DNA from: an uncultured bacterium | GTDB lineage: Bacteria; Chloroflexota; UBA5177; JANWHV01 | Direction: 5' to 3' | NCBI GenBank assembly: GCA_963827235.1 | Contig: CAWHAE010000009.1 | Span: 224,001-288,000 of the forward strand | DNA: 64,000 nt | Shown: positions 21,036 through 31,873 of the stretch, piece after piece | Layout of the letters: each line of letters begins with the position of its first letter | Position numbering within the stretch: the first letter of the stretch is position 1 | The notes under the pieces: generated by a model | What the model was told of the DNA's origin: nothing | Databases searched by the model: none | The model's input: only the letters and a program-made list of their open reading frames with translations | Program-made: the position numbers and the translations under genes

Positions 21036-22084
21036 AAGGTCATCTCCGGAGCGCTCTTGACCGGGTCCCAGCACGCCACCCCGTGAGCGGGAGCGATCTC
21101 GCGGAACTGCGGCGTCTCCGCGCGGCACCGGTCGGTGGCGCGCTCACAGCGGGGGGCGAAGGGGCATCCAGCGCGGAGCTGAGTCACTTCAGGAGGAAGG
21201 CCGGGGATGGACTCGAATACCCGCGACCGCCTGGCAGTCAGCCGTGGCACACACTTGAGCAGCCCGACGGTGTAGGGATGGGACGGCCGGTCGAAGAGGT
21301 CGACTACGGCGGCGGTCTCCATCACGCGCCCGGCGTACATCACCACGACCCGGTCGCAGTGGCCGGCGACGATGCCAAGATTGTGGGTGATCAGGATGGC
21401 CCCGACATTCGAGCGATCAACAAGGTCATCGAACAGTTCCAGGATCTGGGCCTGAATCGTGACGTCGAGGGCAGTCGTTGGCTCGTCGGCGATCAGCAGC
21501 CTGGGTTGGCAAGCCATGGCCAGGGCGATCATCACCCGTTGGCGTTGGCCGCCGCTCAGGCGGTGCGGATACTCATGGATGCGCGTCGCTGGGTCCGGGA
21601 TACCCACCGACCGCAGCACGTCGACGGCCCGCTCGCTGGCTTGTTTCTTGCCCAGCCCGAGGTGCAGTGACAGCACCTCCAGGAAGTGCGACTCGATGGT
21701 GATCACCGGGTTGAGCGAGCTAAGCGGGTTTTGCGGGATCATACCGATCTGGCCCCCGCGGACGTCCCGCATAGCCGCCGGCGAGAGCCGGAGCAGGTCC
21801 TGGCCCTCGAAGATGATCTGGCCACCGGAGATCTTCCCCGGCAACGGCACCATCCGCATCATTGACAGCGCGGAGACGGTCTTCCCTGACCCGCTTTCGC
21901 CGACCAGCCCAACACGCTCTCCGGCCCGCACTTCGAGGCTCAGTCCTTGCACGGCGTAGATCGTGCTGCGCTCCAGGCGGAACGAGACGCTGAGGTCCCG
22001 GACCTCCAGCAAGGCGGTCTCCGGTGTCCCGCCGGGGACCGGCGCTAGGCTGGGGAGGGGCGCCGATGCCTTTGTCACGGTCAT
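21032..22084 (-). CDS. oppD: Oligopeptide/dipeptide ABC ATPase, OppD type
   Basis: [42 protein letters not shown]; ATGA overlap with oppF. Confidence 0.92.
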   Translation of the reverse strand: MTVTKASAPLPSLAPVPGGTPETALLEVRDLSVSFRLERSTIYAVQGLSLEVRAGERVGLVGESGSGKTVSALSMMRMVPLPGKISGGQIIFEGQDLLRLSPAAMRDVRGGQIGMIPQNPLSSLNPVITIESHFLEVLSLHLGLGKKQASERAVDVLRSVGIPDPATRIHEYPHRLSGGQRQRVMIALAMACQPRLLIADEPTTALDVTIQAQILELFDDLVDRSNVGAILITHNLGIVAGHCDRVVVMYAGRVMETAAVVDLFDRPSHPYTVGLLKCVPRLTARRSRVFESIPGLPPEVTQLRAGCPFAPRCERATDRCRAETPQFREIAPAHGVACWDPVKSAPEMTL

Positions 22085-22107
22085 GAGCTCCTCGGAGGTT
22101 ACTGCAA

Positions 22108-22995
22108 TTACCGCGACGTCGGGTCCAACGCGTCGCGCAGGCCGTCGCCCAGGAAGCTGAAAGAGAGGCAGGCGATTCCGATGCAACCGATGGGGACAAG
22201 CACGAGGAGCGCGTCGATCGGGAGGTAGGACACGCTGTCGTTGATCATCTTGCCCCAGTCGGCCAGTGGGTCCTCGATGCCGAGGCCCAGAAAACTGAAC
22301 CCGGCAGCGGTGAAGATCACGTAGGGGATCTGCTGGACGAAAAATACGATGATCGGCCCTGACGCATTGGGCAGGATGTGCATGATGATGATGCGCCACG
22401 AGGGCACCCCCATGGCTTGCGCCGCCTGCACGAAGTCCCGCTCCCGAAGGGCTAGGTACTGCGCCCGTGCGAGGCGGGCGAAACCGACCCAGAGGGTAAC
22501 GCCGATGAAGAGGGCCAGCTTCCAGACATCAACCCCGAACACGGTGATGAACAGCAACGCGGCGAGGATCGTCGGGACCATCTGGAACAACTCGAAGAGC
22601 CGCAGTGTCAGCCAGTCGAATATGCCGCCAAACCAGCCGGCGATAACGCCGATGGGCAGTCCGATGACGAGGCCGATCAATGGTGCCCCGATGGCCACGG
22701 TCATCGAAGTCCGGTCACCCCAGATGGCCCTGCTCAACGTGTCTCGGCCGATCTGGTCCGTGCCGAGCCAGTGGTGCCAACTGGCACCGTTCATCACAGC
22801 CGTCAAGTCGGTTGCGGCCTCGTCGTAGGGAGAAATATAGGGGGCAAGGATGTCCACCAGGAGGAGAAGCACGACTATCACACCGGCGGCCAGAGCCAGG
22901 CGGTTGCGACGGTAGCGATACCAGGCGGCGTGCCAGAAGCTGGCGTTCGCCCGGCGCCTGGTCGGCGCCACGCCGGCAGCCGGTACGCTGCTCAT
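22108..22995 (-). CDS. oppC: Oligopeptide ABC permease, OppC type
   Basis: HWLGTDQIGRD, FVQAAQAMG, HILPN, GDGLRDALDP. Confidence 0.92.
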   Translation of the reverse strand: MSSVPAAGVAPTRRRANASFWHAAWYRYRRNRLALAAGVIVVLLLLVDILAPYISPYDEAATDLTAVMNGASWHHWLGTDQIGRDTLSRAIWGDRTSMTVAIGAPLIGLVIGLPIGVIAGWFGGIFDWLTLRLFELFQMVPTILAALLFITVFGVDVWKLALFIGVTLWVGFARLARAQYLALRERDFVQAAQAMGVPSWRIIIMHILPNASGPIIVFFVQQIPYVIFTAAGFSFLGLGIEDPLADWGKMINDSVSYLPIDALLVLVPIGCIGIACLSFSFLGDGLRDALDPTSR

Positions 22996-23927
22996 CGCGA
23001 CATCCCCTCGAGGCGCACCCGCGGGTCGACGATGACGTAGGCAATGTCCGAGAGAATGTAGCAGATGCCCCACAACACAGCCACGATCAGCACCAGCGCC
23101 ATGATCAGGGGGTAGTCACGGCGCAGACTGGCGGTGGTGAAGTAGGCGCCGAGGCCGGGCAGGGCGAAGGTCGCCTCGATGAAGATGGAGCCGGTGAGGA
23201 TGTTGGGGATCCATGGCCCCATGATCGTGATCAGGGGGATCAGCGACGTGCGCAGGATGTACTTCCACAGGATGTGCCTCTCCGACAACCCCCGCGCCCG
23301 GCCCATGCGCACGTAGTCGGCGTAGGTGACCTCGAGCGTGCTGGCCCTGGTATAGCGCTCCATGAGGGCCATTGGGTAGAGCGAGAAGGCTATCACGGGC
23401 ATGATCACGTCCTGGGCCGTGCCCCACCCCCCGACGGGCAGCCAGCCAAGCCGCACGGCAAAGACCTCGATCATGAGGAAACCGATGACGTAATTCGGCA
23501 ATGCCACGCCGATGGTCGAGACCACGGCAGTGATCAGGAAGTCAATCCAGGTGTTGTGCTTGAGGGCGGCGATGCAGCCGAGCAGCAGCCCGAGGGTGTA
23601 AGAGACGGCGATGGTGAGGCCTCCCACCACCAGCGTGATCGGCCAGGCCGAGGCGATGAGCTGATTCACCGTCATGGTCGGCTCCTCGAAGGGGACGCCG
23701 AGATAGCCGTGCAGGAGCTGCCAGAGCCAGTTGAGGTACTGCTTCCAGATCGGGTCGGCCAGGCCGTACCGCACCATGATGTTGTGCATGGCCTCGGGGC
23801 TCATGACCCCCTGGGTGAAGGTGAAGGGACCGCCGGGGACGGCATGCATCATGGCGAAGATAGCGAGCGTGGCCAGGAACAACGTGAAGAGCAGCGACAG
23901 GAGCCGCTGGACAAGATAGGCAACCAC
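22992..23927 (-). CDS. oppB: Oligopeptide ABC permease, OppB type
   Basis: VPGGPF, DYVRMGRARGL, RDYPLIMA, DPRVR. Confidence 0.92.
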   Translation of the reverse strand: MVAYLVQRLLSLLFTLFLATLAIFAMMHAVPGGPFTFTQGVMSPEAMHNIMVRYGLADPIWKQYLNWLWQLLHGYLGVPFEEPTMTVNQLIASAWPITLVVGGLTIAVSYTLGLLLGCIAALKHNTWIDFLITAVVSTIGVALPNYVIGFLMIEVFAVRLGWLPVGGWGTAQDVIMPVIAFSLYPMALMERYTRASTLEVTYADYVRMGRARGLSERHILWKYILRTSLIPLITIMGPWIPNILTGSIFIEATFALPGLGAYFTTASLRRDYPLIMALVLIVAVLWGICYILSDIAYVIVDPRVRLEGMSR

Positions 23928-24094
23928 GGGCTTGCTCCTTTCGTCTCCTGGCTCGGAGTGCGCCTCACCCTAGCCGTCGTCGTCGGCTCGCTCCCGGCAC
24001 AGGCCAGGCGGCCAGCACCTGATTCTCGTGACGCCGACGGGCGCTGCCGGGAGCGTTCCCGGCAGCGCCCATCACATCCTATGCAGTGAGCTTA

Positions 24095-25941
24095 CTACGA
24101 CATCCCGCTCTCGCTCTGGCGCGGGAACTGGCCGACGTTGTTCGCGATGTAGAGCCCCTGCTGATTGGTGGAGTGCGGGTAGAAGCCCGGCCACTGGATG
24201 CCGTTGTAGCCGAGGTAGTTCTTGGCCAGCGTCGGCCCCTGGACATACGGCCACATGAGGTAACCGCCCAGGCCGAAGAAGAGGAACACCGCCGGGGCCT
24301 GCGAGGTCTGGAGGACTTGGGCCTCCGTGTAGATCTCCTGGCGCTGGTTATGGTCAGCTATTGCACCGCCCTGGGCGAGCAGGTGGTCGTATTGCTTATT
24401 GTTCCAGTCGTGCCGGCCGCCGGACTGATACACGCTCAGCATGTTCGAGGCGTCGAAGTAGTCCATGCCGTAGGAGATAAAGCCCATCTCGATCTCCGTC
24501 TCGGGCTGGGCCTCCATCTTCTTGTAGAACGTGGCGACGTCGAGCTCCTGCAGCAGGATCGTGCTGTTCCCGCCGAAGAGGACCTGGTTCCAGTTCGCCG
24601 CCAGGGCCTGCGCGACCAAGCCGGTCGTGGTGGGGCCAATCGCGCCGACGGCGGCCGGATAGCTGAACGTCACCTCCGGGAAGCCCTTCCCCTTCGGGAA
24701 GCCGGCCTGGGACAGGAGGCTTTGAGCCATCGAGGTGTCGTAGTTGGTGTACTTCTTCAGCGGATCGCCGACCGCGAAGGGGAAGCCCGGCATGAGGTAG
24801 CCGTAGGCGGGCCTGGCCAGCGGCGCCAGCAGGGCGCTGATGATGGAGTCCCGGTCGGCGGAGTGGGCAAAGGCCTGGCGCACCTTCAGGTTATTGAACG
24901 GCGCGGCCTTCGTCTTGAAGAACACATAGTAGACGCGGAAGTCGATCGGGTTCAGGTACGGCGTGAGCGAGCTGACCTTCGGGGTCGCCTTGGCGATCAG
25001 GAGGTCCGCCTTGGACATCGCTATGTCCGAGTTCTCGTCGACCGCGCCGGTCGCCAGGAGCGGCAGGTAGGGCGACGGTAGAGATCTTGCCAATCTGCCA
25101 CTCGATGGGCGAGCCGAACCCGGCGTTGTACTTCGTGTTCGGGCCCCAGGACGACCTCCGTCGTCGGGTTGAACGACTTGAGGACGTAGGGACCCATGGA
25201 GATGGCAGTCGCCGGATTGACGTTGTACAGCCCGTTGCCGTACTTGGCCAGCCCCGCCGCCGAGAGGGGCATCGAGTAGAGCATGGCGTACGGTATGAAA
25301 GCAACGGGTGCCTCGGTGGTAACCACGAAGGTGTACTTGTCCTTGCCCTGGGCCACGCCGATCGAGCTGAGAGGCGCCTTCCCCGCAACCGCGCTCGCGT
25401 AGTTCTTGAGCCCGATGGCCGTCCAGTACCAGGTGAAGTCCCAGGCGTGCTTGGGATCGGCGGAGTAGCGGAACGTCTCGACGAAGTCGGCGGCGGTGAG
25501 CTCGTTGCCGTCGGTCCACATGATCCCCGGCGTGATGTAGAACTCCCAGGTGGTCGGCGACGTCTGCTTCCAGCTGTGCGCGACGCCCGGGACGATCTGG
25601 TAGGCGTTGTTGATGCGCACGAGGGGGGTCGAGAAGTTGTCGGCCAGGGGAGCGCGTGCGTAGACGCTCTCATAGAAGTCGAGGCACTTGAACGTGGCGC
25701 CCACGGGGTTGCGGTAGTCGACAAGGAACTGCTGGGAGGCGGGCGCGGCGTTGGCCGGCAGGATCGCGCCGGTGGTCGACTTTACCGCTCCGGGTTTCGC
25801 GCCCGTTCGGTTCAGCAAGCGTTCGGCGTGCGCGCTCTTGGCGAGGTACAGGCTTGCCACGCCGGCACCACCGGCAGCCAACAAGCCACGCCGGCTCAGC
25901 TCAGGCAGGTGAGAATTAGAAACGCGTTTGCTAGTACTCAT
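24095..25941 (-). CDS. oppA: Family-5 peptide-binding protein with Tat signal; +1 frameshifts at ~25140 and ~25065
   Basis: SRRGLL twin-Arg; WTDGNELTAADF, GPYVL, PFNNLKVRQAF, AQSLLSQAGFP spread over ORFs 25021-26076, 24891-25724 and 24095-25519. Confidence 0.85.
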
Positions 25942-26289
25942 CCGGCATCCCCTAACTCGGTAAAGCAAAACCAACAACGACGTATCCTGGGGTACGGTGG
26001 CTGATCTCCTGACACTGTCACGTGCTGAAAGAAGCGCCCGTCCATCACCGCGCCGACCGACCGCTATGCGGTGCACATCGTGGTCCTCGCGTCCTGCTAC
26101 GACGCATTCGCAGGACCGTTGCAGACCCTGCTTCGCGGCCTGCGGATACCCTGGCTCTCCATGAGTTGCGGGTGCTCGTGCCGCATAGCGTCCCTGCGTC
26201 TCGTTCCGGAGCGGTCGCGCGGCTGACGCGAGAATAGGTCCATACTACGCACCTCGCTGTGCCTTGTCAAGAGCGGCCTCTTCGATGAT

Positions 26290-27040
26290 CAGGGCTCATG
26301 CGTGAGTCGGTGATGGCGGTGGCGCAAGGACCAGCGCGAGTGCCGGGGGGTCTTGGGCATGATCGCGGAGACGCGCGGCGATCTGCTGGACACCGGCGCG
26401 GCGCAGGAGGCTGAGGGCGGCATCCCGGAGGAAGGCCATCACCGGTCCCTGCCCGGTGTGGAGCGTGCTCTCGTACTCGCCGAGCGTGACATCCTTGGTG
26501 CGATGGAGGTCGTTCTCGATGGTCCAATGGCCGCGCGTGAGCGCGAGCAGCCGGTCGGGTGGTCCTGCCTCGACGGACAGGCCGGTGATGCCATACAGCA
26601 GCGCCTGCCTAGCTTGGCCATGTTCGCGCCAGGTGCGTTCCAGCCGGAAGACCTGCGCCAAACCGGGCCAGGCGAGATAGGCGGTCAGATCGGTGGAGGC
26701 GACCAGGTGGCGCACCTCGTCCTGCCGCCCGTGGCCACGCTCGTGGGTCCATGCTGCGCGCCGGTCCACCAATGCGGCCGGTCCCAGTGCTGCGGGCGGG
26801 TCGAAGAGGAGCGCGATGTCCGCGTACAGCGTCGGCTGATTCTCCTTCTCCAAGAGCAGGTAGCCGTATTTGGGGGCGAGCACGGCGATGCCGCCAGCCC
26901 ACCCATGCCATGGAGATCCGGACCACGTTGCTGTCTCTGTCGGGCGGTACAGCGCGTTGGCCGTGGCCATGCTAGGCTGACCATCGGCGTATCGCCGTCG
27001 CTCTCGGGCCCCGTCGGCATCGGCACGTCTGTGGTGGGCG
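26290..27040 (-). mobile_element. Degenerate ISAs1-family element (transposase C-terminal part and one end)
   Basis: KENQPTLY, GHGR, RGHWTIENDLH..DVTLGE motifs; CAGGGC terminus at 26290. Confidence 0.85.
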
Positions 27041-27091
27041 GCAAGCCGAGGACACGTGCAACTGCCGGTCACGCGCCCGGGCACAGTTGAG

Positions 27092-27122
27092 CGGTGACTT
27101 TGCGCCGGCCGGCGGGTCTATT
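27092..27122 (+). promoter_or_regulatory. SigG-type ECF promoter (autoregulatory)
   Basis: CGGTGA-N18-GTCTATT upstream of the sigma gene. Confidence 0.55.
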
Positions 27123-27174
27123 GATCTGGGGCCAGCACGTGGTTGGCATTCGCGCACGTAAGTAGAGGGGGCCG

Positions 27175-28167
27175 ATGACCGTCAGCGAGGAGTTCACGAA
27201 TCTCACTGGACGATTCCGGAGTGAGTTGCTCGCGCACTGCTACCGGATGCTCGGTTCGGCCGACGAGGCCGAGGACTTGGTACAGGAGACGTACCTGCGC
27301 GCCTGGCGGTCATACGCAGGGTTTGAGGGCCGCGCCTCCGTGCGGACCTGGCTGTACCGGATCGCGACCAATGTGTGTCTGACGGCGCTCGAGCGTCGTA
27401 GTCGCCGGCCGCTGCCATCTGCGCTGGGCGAAGCGACGGGCGACCCGGACGCGCAGCTTGTGGCGGGCATGGAGGTGCCCTGGCTGCAGCCCTTGCCTGA
27501 CGCGCTGCTCGCCGGACGGCACGCGGATCCGGCCTCAGTGGTCGCCTCGCGGACGGGTATCAGGCTGGCCTTCGTCGCGGCACTGCAGTACCTCTCCGCT
27601 CGCCAGCGGGCGGTGTTGATCTTGCGCGACGTGCTGGAGCTACCGGCCGCCGAGGTTGCGGACTTGCTGGGCACGACGACGACGGCCGTGAACAGCGGCC
27701 TCCGGCGAGCCCGGGCCCAGCTCGCACAAGTACTGCCGGCCGAAGATGAGCTTGCCGAGCCCGCAGAGCCGGACCGCCGGGCGCTGCTGGAGCGATTCGT
27801 GGCCGCCATCGAGCAGGCCGACGGCAGTGTGCTCGCAGCACTGCTGCGGGAGGATGTTGCGCTGGAGATGCCGCCGGTGCTGACCTGGTTCGCCAGCAGC
27901 CGGACCGTAGCGCGTTTCATCGCCGCCCAGTTTCTTACCGAATCTGGACGGTTACAGCTGGTGCCGGTGGCAGCGAACGGGCAGCCTGCGTTCGCGGTGT
28001 ACCAGCGCGAGCCGGACGGCACCTACCACGCGCACGCCGTCCTGGTGCTCACGATCACGCCGACCGGGATCGCGCGGATCGTCGCCTTCCAGAACCAGGA
28101 TTTGTTCGGATCGTTTGGCCTGCCGCCGCAGTATCGTGCCGCAGAGCCGCTGCCGGCGCAGGGCTAG
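27175..28167 (+). CDS. ECF sigma-70 factor with C-terminal SnoaL-like domain (SigG-like)
   Basis: ELLAHCYRMLGS..EAEDLVQETYLRAWR, WLYRIATN, WLQPLPD, EMPP..TWF, ANGQPA. Confidence 0.92.
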   Translation: MTVSEEFTNLTGRFRSELLAHCYRMLGSADEAEDLVQETYLRAWRSYAGFEGRASVRTWLYRIATNVCLTALERRSRRPLPSALGEATGDPDAQLVAGMEVPWLQPLPDALLAGRHADPASVVASRTGIRLAFVAALQYLSARQRAVLILRDVLELPAAEVADLLGTTTTAVNSGLRRARAQLAQVLPAEDELAEPAEPDRRALLERFVAAIEQADGSVLAALLREDVALEMPPVLTWFASSRTVARFIAAQFLTESGRLQLVPVAANGQPAFAVYQREPDGTYHAHAVLVLTITPTGIARIVAFQNQDLFGSFGLPPQYRAAEPLPAQG

Positions 28168-28178
28168 GCGGTCCTCCC

Positions 28179-28772
28179 GTGGCTCCGCGGAGCAGAGGAC
28201 GAGAGCTGCTCGACGCTGCGGTCAGGTACGCGCTCGCCAACGTGGCCCTGGTCACGCCACGGCTCCTATCGCGTCCCACCCCGTGTTCCGACTGGGATCT
28301 GGAGCTGTTGCTGGACCATCTGGCGGAGTCGATGGCGGTGCTGCACGAAGCGGTCGCCACCGGCGGCGTCGCTGCTCACCTCGCGCCCGCTCACCCCACG
28401 TCCGAGCCAGACTCGGTCGCCCGGCTGCGGACACAGGCGGCCAATCTGCTCGCCGCCTGGGCCGTCGCTGGGCCGGCACTGCGCTCGGTCAGTATTGCGG
28501 GCCGTGAGCTAGCTGCCGGCACGGTCGCGCTGACCGGCGCCATCGAGACCACCGTGCACGGCTGGGACATCGGGGTCGCGTGCGGCGCCTATCGGCCGGT
28601 GCCGCCGGGTTTGGCAACCATCCTGGCGCCGATTGCACCGCTGCTCATCACCCCAGGCATCCGGCCTGGGCTGTTCGCCGATCCGGTGATGCTGCCGGGC
28701 CCAGACTGCCCCGGCGACCAGCTCATCGCTTTCCTCGGGCGCCGGCCCCTCCTCGCGGCCGCTCGCGCCTGA
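28179..28772 (+). CDS. DinB/MDMPI_N family metal-binding protein (TIGR03086-like)
   Basis: PTPCSDWDL..LLDHL, E..VHGWDI, LIAFLGR. Confidence 0.85.
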   Translation: MAPRSRGRELLDAAVRYALANVALVTPRLLSRPTPCSDWDLELLLDHLAESMAVLHEAVATGGVAAHLAPAHPTSEPDSVARLRTQAANLLAAWAVAGPALRSVSIAGRELAAGTVALTGAIETTVHGWDIGVACGAYRPVPPGLATILAPIAPLLITPGIRPGLFADPVMLPGPDCPGDQLIAFLGRRPLLAAARA

Positions 28773-28827
28773 ACCCGGCATCGTGTTCAGGTCTGCCGTA
28801 ACGCGCTGAGCTTTCCTTGCCGGCCCG

Positions 28828-28858
28828 CGACGATTCCTGGCCTTCCCGCTGGTCTCTA
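28828..28858 (+). promoter_or_regulatory. SigG-type ECF promoter upstream of the SDR genes
   Basis: CGACGA-N18-GTCTCTA. Confidence 0.6.
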
Positions 28859-28917
28859 GTAGTGAGCCGCACAACGAGCGGCGCACAAGGGAAGACAGCG
28901 GAACTGGAGGAAGAGTC

Positions 28918-29643
28918 ATGACACTCGCAGGAAGAGTCGTTCTGGTCACCGGGGCCAACCGGGGCATTGGACAGGCGCTGGTCGAGGAAGCGCTCAGGCG
29001 AGGCGCTACACGCGTGTACGCCGCTGCACGCCAGCCCCACGCCCATCTCGATCCACGCGTCACGCCCCTGACCCTGGACGTGACTGACTCAGCGCAGATT
29101 CAGGCAGCGGCCGAGCGCATCGAGGTGCTCGACATGCTCGTCAACAACGCAGGTGTGGCACTCTACGACGACCTCAGCGATCGTGCGGTGCTCGAGCGGC
29201 ATCTCGCCGTCAACCTCTTTGGCCCCTACGAGGTGACCCGGATCTTCTTACCGCACCTGACCCGAACGCAGGGAGTCCTCGTCAACAACCTGTCGATGAT
29301 GGCGCTGGCGCCCCTGCCGCTCACCCCGGCCTACGCGATCTCCAAGGCGGCCGCGTTCAGCCTGACGCAATCCCTGCGCGCGCTGCTCGCCGGGCGGGGC
29401 GTGCGGGTGCACGCCGTCCTCACCGGTCCCACTGACACCGATATGACCCGAGGCTTCGACATCCCGAAGGCCTCCCCGGCGTCGGTGGCACGCGCCATCT
29501 TCGACGGCGTGGACCAGGGGGAGGAGGATATCTTCCCCGATCCTCTGTCGGCGTCCATCGCCCAGAGCTGGCGCAGTGGTCCTGCCAAGGCGATGGAACG
29601 GCAGAACGCGGCGTTCGTCCCAGCTGCGAGTGCCGCGGCATGA
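28918..29643 (+). CDS. Short-chain dehydrogenase/reductase
   Basis: TGANRGIG, NNAG, YAISK. Confidence 0.93.
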   Translation: MTLAGRVVLVTGANRGIGQALVEEALRRGATRVYAAARQPHAHLDPRVTPLTLDVTDSAQIQAAAERIEVLDMLVNNAGVALYDDLSDRAVLERHLAVNLFGPYEVTRIFLPHLTRTQGVLVNNLSMMALAPLPLTPAYAISKAAAFSLTQSLRALLAGRGVRVHAVLTGPTDTDMTRGFDIPKASPASVARAIFDGVDQGEEDIFPDPLSASIAQSWRSGPAKAMERQNAAFVPAASAAA

Positions 29644-29687
29644 GGAGAGTATCAGTGCGCTGCGCTGAAGCCAGGAGGAGGTACACG

Positions 29688-30425
29688 ATGGAGACATTGC
29701 GCGGCAAGCAGGTGCTGCTCACGGGAGGCAGCCGCGGTCTCGGGCGGGGTATGGTCCACGGGCTGCTCGGCGCCGGCGCCCAGGTCCATACCGTCGCCCG
29801 CGGTGCAGCGGCGCTGGCAACGCTGGGCAGCGGCGTCGCCGTCACGGCGGCCGACGCGGCGGATCCGGTGGTTGCTGGCCGCCTGCTGGAGGACGTGCGT
29901 CCGGACGTGGTGGTGCTCAACGCGGGGGCAGCGCCACTCGTACGGCCATTGCACCAGCACACCTGGGAGTCGTTCAGCCGCAACTGGGAGGTCGACGTCA
30001 AGATCGCCTTCCATTGGCTGCGCGAGATCCTGCAGCTGCCGCTCACGCCCGGCAGCGAGGTCGTGGTGGTCTCGTCCGGGGCAGCGCTGCAGGGCTCACC
30101 CTTGAGCGGCGGCTATGCCGGCGCCAAGGTCACGCTGCGCTTCATGGCCCAGTATGCGGCTGAAGAGTCACGCCGCCGCGACCTCGGCATCCGCATCACG
30201 GCGCTTTTGCCTCGACTCACGCCCGCGACGAGCCTGGGCCGGCCGGCAGTGGCGGCGTACGCGCGGCGCGCCGGCATCCCCGAGGATGAATACCTCGCGC
30301 AGCTCGGCGCCCCGCTCACCTCTGAAGGCGCGGGCGCCGCGCTCGTCGAGCTGCTCACCGATCCCGCGCTCGCCGGGCACGAGGCCTTCCTGCTCAGCGG
30401 AGCCGGGCTGACACCATTGGACTAG
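29688..30425 (+). CDS. Short-chain dehydrogenase/reductase
   Basis: AGGAGG RBS; TGGSRGLG, LNAG, SSG, YAGAK. Confidence 0.9.
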   Translation: METLRGKQVLLTGGSRGLGRGMVHGLLGAGAQVHTVARGAAALATLGSGVAVTAADAADPVVAGRLLEDVRPDVVVLNAGAAPLVRPLHQHTWESFSRNWEVDVKIAFHWLREILQLPLTPGSEVVVVSSGAALQGSPLSGGYAGAKVTLRFMAQYAAEESRRRDLGIRITALLPRLTPATSLGRPAVAAYARRAGIPEDEYLAQLGAPLTSEGAGAALVELLTDPALAGHEAFLLSGAGLTPLD

Positions 30426-30582
30426 CGGCTCACGCTACAGCGCGCCGGGGTCATCGCCCGGGACCTGCGACCGCCGCTGCCTGTGCGACTGGCAGCAATC
30501 TCGATCGCAGCCCGGGCACCCGGCGCCGGCAGACATGGCCGGTGATCGCCAAGCCATTGTGACCACAAGGAGGACTAAGCTC

Positions 30583-31335
30583 ATGGCCGCTCACAAGACC
30601 GGGACGCGGGAAGAGTGGCTCGCCGCAAGCGAACAGTTGCTCGAACGCGAGAAGGAGTACACGCGGCTCGGTGACGAGCTGGCCCGCCAGCGCCGCGAAC
30701 TACCGTGGGTACGCGTCGAGAAGGAGTACCGCTTCGATGCCGACGACGGGGCGAGGACGCTTGCCGAGCTGTTCGCCGGCTGCTCCCAGCTGCTCATCTA
30801 CCACTTCATGTTCGGACCGCGCTACGAGGCCGGCGACGCTACCAACGCGTCGATTGCCGATGCAGTGAACGCCATCCTGCCCCACCTCCACGCTCGCGAC
30901 GTCACCATGCTCTTCGTCTCGCATGCGCCGCTCGCCAAGCTCCAAGCGTTCAAGCGACGCCTGGGCTGGAGCTTTCCCTGGGTCTCCGACGGTGACAGCG
31001 GCTTCAACGCGGACCTCGGCTTTTCGTCGACCGAGGAGCAACCGCGTGCAGTAATTACCCCGATGCTCGAGGCCGGCATGCCGCCCATCGTGGAGAAGAA
31101 TGCGCGCGAAGCCGGCACCGATGCCGCCGGCTACCTGACCGAAACACCCGGCTTCAGTGCGTTCGTGCTCGAAGACGGCATCGTCTACCACACGTACGCG
31201 ACCACCTGGCGCGGACTCGAGTTCCTGATGAGCTACTACCCGATCCTCGACCGGGCTCCCAAAGGTCGCGACGAGGGAGCGGCGTGGCAGCTCTGGCTCC
31301 GCCGCCACGACGAGTACGAACACGACACGCCATGA
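30583..31335 (+). CDS. DUF899 family thioredoxin-like protein
   Basis: REEWLAA..LL.REK, RRELPWV, QLLIYHFMFGP, LDRAPKGRDE, RRHDEY. The usual CxxC position reads DATNAS. Confidence 0.9.
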   Translation: MAAHKTGTREEWLAASEQLLEREKEYTRLGDELARQRRELPWVRVEKEYRFDADDGARTLAELFAGCSQLLIYHFMFGPRYEAGDATNASIADAVNAILPHLHARDVTMLFVSHAPLAKLQAFKRRLGWSFPWVSDGDSGFNADLGFSSTEEQPRAVITPMLEAGMPPIVEKNAREAGTDAAGYLTETPGFSAFVLEDGIVYHTYATTWRGLEFLMSYYPILDRAPKGRDEGAAWQLWLRRHDEYEHDTP

Positions 31336-31569
31336 GAGCACGTGTCCCTCGCGATGCCAGCGCGATCGTCGCGGCAGAGGCCGGCTTTATCCTTGCGCCC
31401 GGATCGCAAGCAGTTGCTGAGCAGGGCCCGGCGACCAGCCCGAATTCCCGAGCAGCCACATTCCTAATGGTCGGGCCGTATGCTCATGCGAGAGACTGAT
31501 GGACCGCACCGCCGCGACAGCGGGTGCGGTGGGCAGAAGATGGATGCAGATCACGCCGCATGCGCAGTG

Positions 31570-31713
31570 GTGTGGGCGCGGACCGCGCTGATGCACGTAC
31601 CCCGCTTCGCGCACACCGCGACTCTCCTCCCCGACGGTGACGTACTTGTCGCCGGTGGTGGCGACCCTCAGACTGGCGCAGAGCTGTCAAGCGCGGAGAT
31701 CTACCAGCCATGA
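31570..31713 (+). pseudogene. Single Kelch-repeat remnant
   Basis: PRFAHTATLLPDGDVLVAGG...SSAEIYQP. Confidence 0.7.
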
Positions 31714-31873
31714 CAAACGCGATGAGCCTGAATGCTGCTCTGTATCGGGCGGATTCTCGTCATCGTGCAAGTGTGCGAACAATGCCAAACCCGCGCTTCG
31801 CGGGTTTGGCTGGATGGCTCCAGCGATGGCCCGCGCGAGCCGTACCTGTTCTGCAAGCAGTGCGCCGACCAGA

